Of a DNA stretch of 32,000 nt, positions 10,676-19,071 are shown in pieces. Below the pieces are notes generated by a model, which made no database searches, was not told where the DNA came from, and was given only the letters and a program-made list of their open reading frames with translations. The first letter of the stretch is position 1; the number at the start of each line of letters is the position of its first letter. A program made the translations under genes and the position numbers. Origin of the DNA: Candidatus Saccharimonadota bacterium (lineage in GTDB: Bacteria > Pseudomonadota > Alphaproteobacteria > Rickettsiales > Anaplasmataceae); contig NZ_CP046579.1 of assembly GCF_013365475.1 (NCBI RefSeq), forward strand, positions 480,001 through 512,000. The letters are read 5' to 3'.

Positions 10676-11278
10676 CTACCCTTTAGATTTCTTCTCAAGA
10701 CTTTTGTTTGTAACAACAACTGTACCTGCAATTTTATCATGCCAAGTTTGACATCGCTTATCAAAGTTTGACCATAAAAAGCCAAGAAGTAATGGTATAG
10801 ATGACAACAATATAGAAAGAAATCTCTTCGTCGCTTGTTTTATCGTTACCTTCTTGAAGGTCTGTACATCTACAACCCTGAGTCCAAGTAATAATTTTCC
10901 AGGTGTAGCAGCAAACTTTATCCACATGTATATGATATAAGTGAAGAGTGCAACGAACTGGGCTATTTGATTTAGGATCAATAGTTTGACAAATCTTTTC
11001 TGCACTGCCCTTTCTTCTGTAGAAAGTGACACCTGCATTTGATATTTTGCAGAGATTTGGCTTAGTACTTTGTTATCTTCTGAATTTATAAAGAGATGAT
11101 TCATGTTTTGACTGCAAAACTGCAAGAATGAAACAATAATAATCAAATCAAGTAATATTGATACATAGCGTTTGAGTCCTGTTACATAACATATACCGTT
11201 TTCATCTTTCTTTACCTTTTGAATGGCATTTAAAGAAGGAAAGATAGAGAATAAACAATTAAAAATTTTGTGCAACAT
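10676..11278 (-). CDS. RDD-family integral membrane protein, 200 aa (start trimmed to the ATG at 11276-11278)
   Basis: R...D pattern (GLKRYVSILLDLIIIV ... TPGKLLLGLRVVD ... WHDKIAGTVVV) with hydrophobic helices. The first 49 codons of the track ORF read through a tRNA-Leu gene and were removed. Confidence 0.75.
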   Translation of the reverse strand: MLHKIFNCLFSIFPSLNAIQKVKKDENGICYVTGLKRYVSILLDLIIIVSFLQFCSQNMNHLFINSEDNKVLSQISAKYQMQVSLSTEERAVQKRFVKLLILNQIAQFVALFTYIIYMWIKFAATPGKLLLGLRVVDVQTFKKVTIKQATKRFLSILLSSIPLLLGFLWSNFDKRCQTWHDKIAGTVVVTNKSLEKKSKG

Positions 11279-11302
11279 AATGGCATTTCTCAGTATCTTG
11301 AG

Positions 11303-11386
11303 TGCTCCTGACTGGACTTGAACCAGCATGCCCTTTATAGGCAACAGATTTTGAGTCTGTTGTGTCTGCCATTCCACCACAGGAGC
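11303..11386 (-). tRNA. tRNA-Leu (anticodon CAA), 84 nt, class II with long variable arm
   Basis: The minus strand reads GCTCCTG-TG-GTG-GAATGGCAGA-CAC-A-ACAGA-CTCAAAA-TCTGT-TGCCTATAAAGGGCAT-GCTGG-TTCAAGT-CCAGT-CAGGAGC-A. It has a full 7-bp acceptor stem, a 5-bp anticodon stem and a TTCAAGT T-loop. Confidence 0.93.
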
Positions 11387-11503
11387 TTTAAGTTCTAATG
11401 CTATAGGCAACACAGAATTAGTCAAATTTTTTCACCTTTATTATATTCTTCCAAATAAACATAAAATGCCATACAATAATTCCAATTGCTCTGGAAACTT
11501 GAA

Positions 11504-12955
11504 ATGAATCGGCCTAACTTTATAGATTCAAGAGATATAAACAAGGAAATATGTAAATTACCGCATAACTTAGAAGCAGAGCAAATGCTCATTGGTGCAA
11601 TGATTCGTGATAATAGAATTTGTGATGCAGTTGAAGATATGCTTGCAGCAGATAATCTTTATGACCCAGTGCATCAAAGTGTTTTTGCGCAGATATCAAA
11701 AACTAGAAAACATGGCATAGTTGCTAATGAATTAAGCCTTAAAATGTTTTTTGAGAATAATGAAGCATTTACAAAGTGTGGTGGAGTCGAATATCTTGCA
11801 AAGCTTGCAGCAAAAGCAAGTATTGCACTTGATATTTATAGTTTAATTAGAATAATACGCGATGCTTATTTAAGAAGATGCTTGATTAAGATCGGGCAAG
11901 AAATAATTGATGATAGTTATAGCTATGACATTGAGAATCCTGCGCAGATTCAAATTGAACAGGCAATGACTAAACTATTCAATTTAGCGGTGAAAAAACA
12001 AAGCGAGAAAACGTATGTAAAACTTGCAAGTTCAATTAAAGATGTAGTTGAAAGGATAAATACACTAAAAAATAATCCAGAAGCGTTAGGCATTACAACT
12101 GGACTTCAAAATTTAAATCAGCTTCTTGGTGGTCTACAGAAATCTGATCTATTGATTTTAGCTGCAAGACCTTCTATGGGTAAGACAGCTTTAGCACTGA
12201 ATATTGCGCTTAATGCTTGTAAAGTTTTACAAGAGAGGGGAAATGAGCAACACTATGTAGCATTTTTTTCGCTTGAAATGTCAGCAGAGCAATTAGCTGC
12301 GAGGTTAGTTACTATAGATTCAGGAGTTAGTTATTATAGGGCATTAACCGGGAGGATTAGTGATTTTGAACTTCATGAATTTGTTAATGCTAGTACAAGA
12401 TTATCCGAGTTATCTTTTATGATAGATGATACTCCTGCACTATCAATTAGTGCTCTTCGTACTAGAATACGTTTGCTATATCAACTATATAATGTAAAAG
12501 TGGTATTTATTGATTATCTTCAATTAATTAAAGGAACAACCAAAAGGAGTAACGAAAATAGAGTACAAGAAATTTCAGAAGTAACTCAGGGTTTAAAGGC
12601 GATTGCAAAAGAACTGAATATTCCTATTATTGCATTGTCTCAGCTCTCACGTTCTGTTGAACAGAGAGATGATAAAAAGCCACAACTTGCTGATTTGCGA
12701 GATTCAGGGAGTATAGAACAGGATGCGGATATAGTAATGTTTCTTTATAGAGAAGAGTACTATGAACTAAGAAAGCAGCCAAGTGAAGGAAGTAATAAAC
12801 ATAGGGAGTGGCAAGAGAAGATGGAGAAAATCAGAAACATTGCAGAGCTTATTATTGCAAAACAAAGAAACGGACCAATTGGCAGTGTGAGACTGTATTT
12901 TGACTCAAATCGTGGTGTATTTAAAGATTATACTGAAAGGCATAATAACTCATAG
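11504..12955 (+). CDS. dnaB: Replicative DNA helicase DnaB, 483 aa
   Basis: It has ...LPHNLEAEQMLIGAMI..., a Walker A motif (ARPSMGKTALAL), ...VVFIDYLQLI... and ...LSQLSRSVEQRDDKKPQLADLRDSGSIEQDADIVMFLYR.... I prefer the ATG at 11504 over the track TTG at 11486. Confidence 0.95.
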   Translation: MNRPNFIDSRDINKEICKLPHNLEAEQMLIGAMIRDNRICDAVEDMLAADNLYDPVHQSVFAQISKTRKHGIVANELSLKMFFENNEAFTKCGGVEYLAKLAAKASIALDIYSLIRIIRDAYLRRCLIKIGQEIIDDSYSYDIENPAQIQIEQAMTKLFNLAVKKQSEKTYVKLASSIKDVVERINTLKNNPEALGITTGLQNLNQLLGGLQKSDLLILAARPSMGKTALALNIALNACKVLQERGNEQHYVAFFSLEMSAEQLAARLVTIDSGVSYYRALTGRISDFELHEFVNASTRLSELSFMIDDTPALSISALRTRIRLLYQLYNVKVVFIDYLQLIKGTTKRSNENRVQEISEVTQGLKAIAKELNIPIIALSQLSRSVEQRDDKKPQLADLRDSGSIEQDADIVMFLYREEYYELRKQPSEGSNKHREWQEKMEKIRNIAELIIAKQRNGPIGSVRLYFDSNRGVFKDYTERHNNS

Positions 12956-13137
12956 TTTTTAGAGATATTCATTAATATCCGCTACTTATTATGTCTGCTA
13001 GTTTGTTAGTAAAGTTGATTCATTTTTATTCATATTAAAATTTTAATAATTAATTTTAGTAGATTACTTTCAGTATTAGAAAAATGAAGATCAAGAAAAT
13101 TCTTGAGTTAGAAAATAAAGTGGCAACTCAAGTTCAA

Positions 13138-13170
13138 AGAACTTTTATCCTTGAAAGGGATAAAAGTTCT
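13138..13170. repeat. Perfect 13-bp inverted repeat with 7-nt loop (AGAACTTTTATCC-ttgaaag-GGATAAAAGTTCT)
   Basis: Read directly from the sequence. It lies in the convergent dnaB/metG spacer. There is no flanking T-run, so it is not a canonical intrinsic terminator. Confidence 0.9.
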
Positions 13171-13448
13171 AGCCATGGAAATTAAACATCTGAATAAAGA
13201 GGATAGTGCTAACTTCTATTTAATCTAAATAATAAATATTGTTAACTAATTTGCTGGTGATAGCATCATAATATGTTCCTTAATTTAACTGAAACCTATC
13301 TACCTCATTTTTTATAATTATCCCCCTATTCCCATGTTAGTACAGTTTGATAATATTAAAATCACTGAATCTATCTACTGCTAATCCTAGTTAAGGCATA
13401 ATCAAACTAATGTTTTAAAAGAGGAACTTCAGAGCTATACTGCATATT

Positions 13449-14987
13449 CTATTCGAGTGTCAACCTTCGGAAAATTGGTGTAGGTTTAGGTAAAATTATA
13501 CCTGAGCTTACACATCCACTACACAAATATTTTAAATTGCGTTGTTCATTTGAAATTTGCAATTGGTCAAGTATTATCTTTGCTGATTTTGGAATAATTG
13601 GTTGTAGTAAAATACCAATTATTCTAATATACTCTAATAACTTGTAGATTACTAAATTCATACGTTCCCTGTCAGTTTTACTTAGGATCCATGGTGCACT
13701 TTTGTCTATATAAGCGTTGGCTTCAGATGAGATATTGATAATCAAAAATATGATATGGTTAAATTCATACTTTGATATATGATTCATCACTTGGTCTAGT
13801 ATGGCTTTACAGTTTGGCAAACATTCAGTATATTTGAGTAAATTTCTGTTAATTGTTGGTATAACTCCAGAATATTGCTGATGTAAGAATGAAATTGTTC
13901 TTTGGACTAAATTGCCTATGTTATTTACTAAATCAGAGTTTATTCGATTGACCATATTTTTCTTATTGAAGTTACCATCTTGACCAAAGCTTGTTTCCTG
14001 AAGAAGAAAATAGCGTAGTTGATCAATGCCAAATTCTTCAGCTAGGCTGATTGGGTCTATAACATTGCCAAGAGACTTGGATATTTTTTCTCCTTTATTT
14101 ATCCACCAACCATGAACTGCAATTTGTTTTGGCAATGGTAATCCTGCTGCAAGAAGAATTGCTGGCCAATATACAGCATGAAAACGTAATATATCCTTAC
14201 CAATTACGTGAATATTGCAAGAATTGTCATTTGCCCAAAGATTTTTATATTCCTTGTCTTCAATGCTAGAAAAACCTATTGATGTAAGGTAACTAGCTAA
14301 TGCATCTACCCAAACATAAATTACGTGTTTGTCATTACCTGGTACTTTTATTCCCCAATTAAAACTAGTGCGAGAGATTGAAAGGTCAGTTAGCCCAGAT
14401 TTTGTAAATGATATTACTTCATTTTTCCTGTTCTCAGGAAAGATAAAGTTGGGTTGATTTTGATATAATTCCAATAACTTGCTCCTCCAATCTGATAGAC
14501 GAAAAAAGTAACTCTCCTCTTTTATCCACTGGACTTCGGCACCTGTTGGTGCTTTGCCATCTATTAGCTCTGATTCTTGATAAAATGCTTCATCACGTAC
14601 TGAATACCAACCTGAGTAAGAATCTAAGTATATTTGCCCTCTCTCTTCAAGCCTATTCCATAAAGCTATAACTACTTTCTTGTGACGTTCTTCCGTAGTG
14701 CGGATAAAGTCATCATACTCAAAATTTATAGATTTAGCTAATTTTTTGAATGAGGTGCTTATTTTGTCTACAAATTCCTTAGGCTCCATTCCTTGTACTT
14801 TAGCTGCCTTTTCAACTTTTTGTCCATATTCGTCTGTACCAGTAGTAAATTTAACGTACTTTCCAGTCAATCTTATAAACCTTGCTGTTACATCACACAA
14901 AAGAGAGGTATATGCATGACCAATATGTGGCTTGCTGTTTGCATAATATACTGGAGTAGTGATATAAAAATTCTCGAATTGCTTCAT
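13449..14987 (-). CDS. metG: Methionine--tRNA ligase, 512 aa (short form without C-terminal tRNA-binding domain)
   Basis: HIGH-type motif (YYANSKPHIGHAYTS) and a KMSKS-type motif (GEKISKSLGN). I prefer the ATG at 14985-14987 over the track TTG at 15002. Confidence 0.95.
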   Translation of the reverse strand: MKQFENFYITTPVYYANSKPHIGHAYTSLLCDVTARFIRLTGKYVKFTTGTDEYGQKVEKAAKVQGMEPKEFVDKISTSFKKLAKSINFEYDDFIRTTEERHKKVVIALWNRLEERGQIYLDSYSGWYSVRDEAFYQESELIDGKAPTGAEVQWIKEESYFFRLSDWRSKLLELYQNQPNFIFPENRKNEVISFTKSGLTDLSISRTSFNWGIKVPGNDKHVIYVWVDALASYLTSIGFSSIEDKEYKNLWANDNSCNIHVIGKDILRFHAVYWPAILLAAGLPLPKQIAVHGWWINKGEKISKSLGNVIDPISLAEEFGIDQLRYFLLQETSFGQDGNFNKKNMVNRINSDLVNNIGNLVQRTISFLHQQYSGVIPTINRNLLKYTECLPNCKAILDQVMNHISKYEFNHIIFLIINISSEANAYIDKSAPWILSKTDRERMNLVIYKLLEYIRIIGILLQPIIPKSAKIILDQLQISNEQRNLKYLCSGCVSSGIILPKPTPIFRRLTLE

Positions 14988-15041
14988 TAGTGCAACTTTC
15001 AAAACTTGATCGTACCTATACTAGTGATAAAAATCAATAGA

Positions 15042-16208
15042 TTAATTACTCACCGAGCCACACAGTATATAGTTGACACCAACATCTTCAGTTAAATTCC
15101 ACTCACGCTTTATCACATTGTACTCCATACCAGCCATATTTTGCAGTGTTACATTATTTTCCCTTAGGTAATTTGCAATTTCTGATGGTTTTAGAAATTT
15201 ATTCCAATTATGTGTACCTTTTGGTAGCCAGTTTAATATATATTCTGCACCAATTATTGCAAAACAGAAGGACTTAATAGTTCTATTTATTGTAGATATA
15301 AATATTAATCCTTCCGGCTTTAGCAATTCTATTGCTTTTTTTATAAAAAACCCTAAGTTATTTACATGCTCAACTACTTCCATAAGCAAAACTACATCAT
15401 ATTTTTTGTTATTGCTCAATTCTTCAATGCTAGCATGTGTGTATTCTGTATTTGATCCTATTTTTTTTGCATGAGATTGTGCTACTCTTATATTTTCTTC
15501 GCATACATCTATTCCTACAACATTAATACCAACACGCGCCATTGACTCTGACAAAATGCCACCACCGCATCCAACATCAAGAAGTGATATCTCACTCAGA
15601 TCGCATTTTTTTAATTCTTTTATTTTCTTGATAATATAAGATACCCTCACAGGATTCATCATGTGTAATGGCTTGAATTTACCACTTTCATTCCACCATT
15701 CAGCTGCTACCTTAGCAAACTTTGACATCTCATCTTCATCGTAAGTTTGTGTGTTTTTTTTCTTATTAATATTGCTAAGCTTATCAAGACGCTTCTTATG
15801 TCTGCTCTCTTTTGAGAATTCTGTTCCGAGAAATTCTTTAACTATGTTTTTTGCTAACTCATTGCTGATAAACCCTGCTCCAAGACACAATACATTTGCA
15901 TTGCCATGTTCACGAGCTAATTTCGTAATCTCAACGCTATCACACAAAGCAGCATAAATCCCTTCAAAACGATTTGCTACAGTACTCATACCTAAACCTG
16001 TGCCACAAATTAATATTCCATAACTTGCTCTTTTGATTGTTATATCCTCTACAACTTTAACGGCGTAGTCTGGATAATCTACACTCTTTTGTTCGGCAGT
16101 GCAGCCATGATCTACCACTGCATAACCCAAGACTTTCAGGTAAGACTTTATCTCCAATTTTAGCTCATAACCGGCATGATCTGAAGCAATAGATATCACA
16201 TCTGACAT
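15042..16208 (-). CDS. rpiB-ubiG: Fusion protein: ribose-5-phosphate isomerase B (aa ~1-146) + UbiG-type SAM-dependent O-methyltransferase (aa ~157-388)
   Basis: The N-terminal half is ISIASDHAGYELK...YGILICGTGLGMSTVANR...NVLCLGAGF...SRHKKRLDKL (the RpiB/LacAB fold). The linker is NINKKKNTQTY. The C-terminal half is EMSKFAKVAAEWWNESGKFKPLHMMNPVRVSYI...LLDVGCGGGILSE...VVLLMEVVEHV (UbiG with SAM motif I). It is one uninterrupted frame. I prefer the ATG at 16206-16208 over the track TTG at 16226. Confidence 0.9.
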   Translation of the reverse strand: MSDVISIASDHAGYELKLEIKSYLKVLGYAVVDHGCTAEQKSVDYPDYAVKVVEDITIKRASYGILICGTGLGMSTVANRFEGIYAALCDSVEITKLAREHGNANVLCLGAGFISNELAKNIVKEFLGTEFSKESRHKKRLDKLSNINKKKNTQTYDEDEMSKFAKVAAEWWNESGKFKPLHMMNPVRVSYIIKKIKELKKCDLSEISLLDVGCGGGILSESMARVGINVVGIDVCEENIRVAQSHAKKIGSNTEYTHASIEELSNNKKYDVVLLMEVVEHVNNLGFFIKKAIELLKPEGLIFISTINRTIKSFCFAIIGAEYILNWLPKGTHNWNKFLKPSEIANYLRENNVTLQNMAGMEYNVIKREWNLTEDVGVNYILCGSVSN

Positions 16209-16371
16209 ATAAAAATTATGACTCAAAGGTACTTAATATAAGTAAGTAGTTTTATCCTTTTTGTCAAGTTGCTTAGTAATTCTAGTCTTTCATTGATCTT
16301 GAACTTGAAATAAATTTCGAGTTAAACATTCATAAATCCTATACAATTCTTACTATAACTCACTCAATAAA

Positions 16372-18141
16372 ATGGATTATATAGATACTATAAAGTCAAG
16401 GCTATTGTTATCTGACATAGTAGGTAATAAAGTTAAGCTAAAAAAAAGAGGAGACAACTTTATTGGTCTTTGTCCTTTTCACAATGAAAAAACTCCATCT
16501 TTTTTTGTAAACGATACTAAGGGGTTATATTATTGCTTTGGTTGTTCAGCTCATGGGGATGTATTTGAATTTATTTCTCAAACTGAAGGCCTGAGTTTTA
16601 AAGAAGCGTTAGAGAAGCTGATGTTAATCACAGATATTGAGTTACCTAGAAATTTTAGTGTTGCTAAGTTTATGAAAAGCAATAAACTTTTTTTAGCACT
16701 AAACCTAGCTACAAATTGGTTTGTACAAAAAAGTCACGGAAAAATTTTAGATTATCTAAAACAGCGTAAGATTTTACCTAAAATCGTAGATAAATTCAGG
16801 ATAGGTTATGCACCGAGCTCTGGTTTAAAAGAATATTTGAATTCTTATGGTGTTAGAGATGAAGTTCTGATTGATGTTGGCTTAATAAATAAAAATTTTC
16901 GCGATTATTTTTGTAATCGACTTATATTTCCTATACATAATATTGCAGGCAAAATTGTTGGTTTTGGTGGGCGTGTGCTAGGTTCGGGGCAGTATCCGAA
17001 ATATTTAAATAGTCCAGAGAGTCAGCTCTTTAGAAAAAAGGAAAATTTATATGGGCTAAACTTTGCTTTAAGTGAAATACTTAAAAAACAACATGTGTTT
17101 GTAGTTGAGGGTTATATTGATGTGATAGCTCTGCATCAGACAGGAATTAGTAATACAGTTGCTTCACTTGGTACTGCAATTTCTGCAGAGCAGATAAAAA
17201 ATTTGTGGAGATTTACTAAAGAAATCTCTATATGCATGGATGGCGATAATGCTGGACGTAATGCAGCAACTAGAGTTGCAGAATTTGCTTTATCCATGCT
17301 AAAACCTGGATATGTATTGAAGTTTGTAACTTTATCAGACAATAAAGATCCGTATGATGTATGTAGTGAACTAGAATACAAGAAAGAGGAAGTACTTTCT
17401 ATGCTCGATTATTCAACAGAACTACATTCTGAATATTTATGGAATTACATAGTCAATAGCAGTCTAAAAAGCTACGAAAAACTTACTCCAGAAAAATATT
17501 CGGTTCTTGAACACAAGTTTATGAGATACATTAATGCTATTAGCAATAATAGTATCCGGAGGTACTACAGAAATTACTTTTACGATAAAGCTAGCAAATT
17601 AAGGACAAGCTTTAAAGAGCAGGTTTTCGACAGCAAAATTAGAGCAATAGAAGGTAAGTATCTTTGTGGTAAGTCTCCAGATGTGATTAAGGAAGAACAA
17701 AATGAAGCCATAGTTCTGCGTATAGTGATAGAATTCCCCAAGATCTTACGCTATCCTATATTCTTTGAGCAGTTTTCTCATTTTGAGTTTACTAATCCAA
17801 AGATGAAAAGACTGCATCAGTTTATGATTGACGACATAAATAATGTAGATAAGCTTAGTAAGGAGGAGTTATTACAAAAGCTTGAGCAGTCTGACAATAT
17901 TGAGACTGTAAGGTTTATATTAGAAAAAACTAGTGTATTAAACAGTCAATTAAATAAGAGGGAATCAGCAGAGATTGTATGGAATAACGTGGTGTTACTG
18001 AGAGAGCTAAATATATTACAAGAAGAAAAAATCAAGGCGAGGCTTACTGGCAATTTCGACTTAGAGAAAAGGTTGATAGAACGTGTAAAGCAGATAGAAA
18101 GTAGTGTACAAAAAATGCAAATGGAGTTTATTCAAAAATAA
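16372..18141 (+). CDS. dnaG: DNA primase DnaG, 589 aa
   Basis: Zinc-ribbon (CPFHNEKTPSFFVNDTKGLYYCFGCSAHGD), a TOPRIM region (VFVVEGYIDVIALHQ...CMDGDNAGRNA) and a divergent C-terminal helicase-interaction domain. Confidence 0.93.
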   Translation: MDYIDTIKSRLLLSDIVGNKVKLKKRGDNFIGLCPFHNEKTPSFFVNDTKGLYYCFGCSAHGDVFEFISQTEGLSFKEALEKLMLITDIELPRNFSVAKFMKSNKLFLALNLATNWFVQKSHGKILDYLKQRKILPKIVDKFRIGYAPSSGLKEYLNSYGVRDEVLIDVGLINKNFRDYFCNRLIFPIHNIAGKIVGFGGRVLGSGQYPKYLNSPESQLFRKKENLYGLNFALSEILKKQHVFVVEGYIDVIALHQTGISNTVASLGTAISAEQIKNLWRFTKEISICMDGDNAGRNAATRVAEFALSMLKPGYVLKFVTLSDNKDPYDVCSELEYKKEEVLSMLDYSTELHSEYLWNYIVNSSLKSYEKLTPEKYSVLEHKFMRYINAISNNSIRRYYRNYFYDKASKLRTSFKEQVFDSKIRAIEGKYLCGKSPDVIKEEQNEAIVLRIVIEFPKILRYPIFFEQFSHFEFTNPKMKRLHQFMIDDINNVDKLSKEELLQKLEQSDNIETVRFILEKTSVLNSQLNKRESAEIVWNNVVLLRELNILQEEKIKARLTGNFDLEKRLIERVKQIESSVQKMQMEFIQK

Positions 18142-19071
18142 ACATGTTAAGTATAAAAACTGCTTCGCAAATTTCAACTACAGTATTACAAGTACCCTCA
18201 CCTGTGATCTTGGCTAGTATAAGAGTTGCTAGTACCATTCGTTAGTATCAAGTTAATGTTTCCATGTATTGTTAATTTTAAAGGGTTTTAGCTGAGCTAT
18301 GTGCGAGAATCATCCTTCTGAAGGAGTAAAATATGATGACAAAGAAGATAACTATAATAAAAAGGAATTTTAGTAATGAAAATCGGTTAAAAAACACCAA
18401 GAAGGTGTAGTCTAGTCTACTAGAGACTATACGACTTACGAGAATAATTCAGTAAGGTATAAATCCCATAGGAGGGAAGAAAAGTGAGTAAGAATACCCT
18501 TATTTTCAGAGCTAAAATTTTAGCAGGAAACAGAACTATTAATACTGAATCACTCTTAATTTGCTTCTTGTAATTGAGTTTTACTTGCTTGAGTAGTTGG
18601 AAAGCATGAATATATCATATTTTCCATAATTCAGATGTTGATACTATGCTCAATAACCTTTACGATATTTTATATCACAGCTACATGTTTAAGCAGAGTA
18701 AGTCTAGCATTTGTACACAAGTTTTTAACTCGAAATTAATTTATTCTCCCTAATACTGTATTTTACTTTAACTATTCAGCTTTAAGCTTTTAGATTTTGA
18801 CTTTCACCATTACTATCACAAATTTCATTGCCTTACTAGCTAGAATCGTTTTTACTGTTTAAATAGCTCGACTTTCTTTGATATTTCCTCCACCTAATAT
18901 TACACTTTTTATATGTTGTGATGTTGCACTTAATCTAAATTAAGTACTAGTTGAAGCAACAATAACTCTTCGAAACTAAAATCAAGTAATGTTTATCAAA
19001 GTATCCTTATAAAATCTTACATAAAACTGCCCTGATTGTGTTAACTTATAGTTGAAGAGAAAAAGATACTT
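18142..19071. other. 930-bp ORF-free spacer with orphan Shine-Dalgarno-led mini-ORFs
   Basis: No ORF of 60 codons or more. AAGGAG (18321-18326) is followed after 6 nt by ATG (25 codons, 18333-18410). AGGAGGG (18470-18476) is followed after 7 nt by GTG (29 codons, 18484-18573). Confidence 0.5.
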
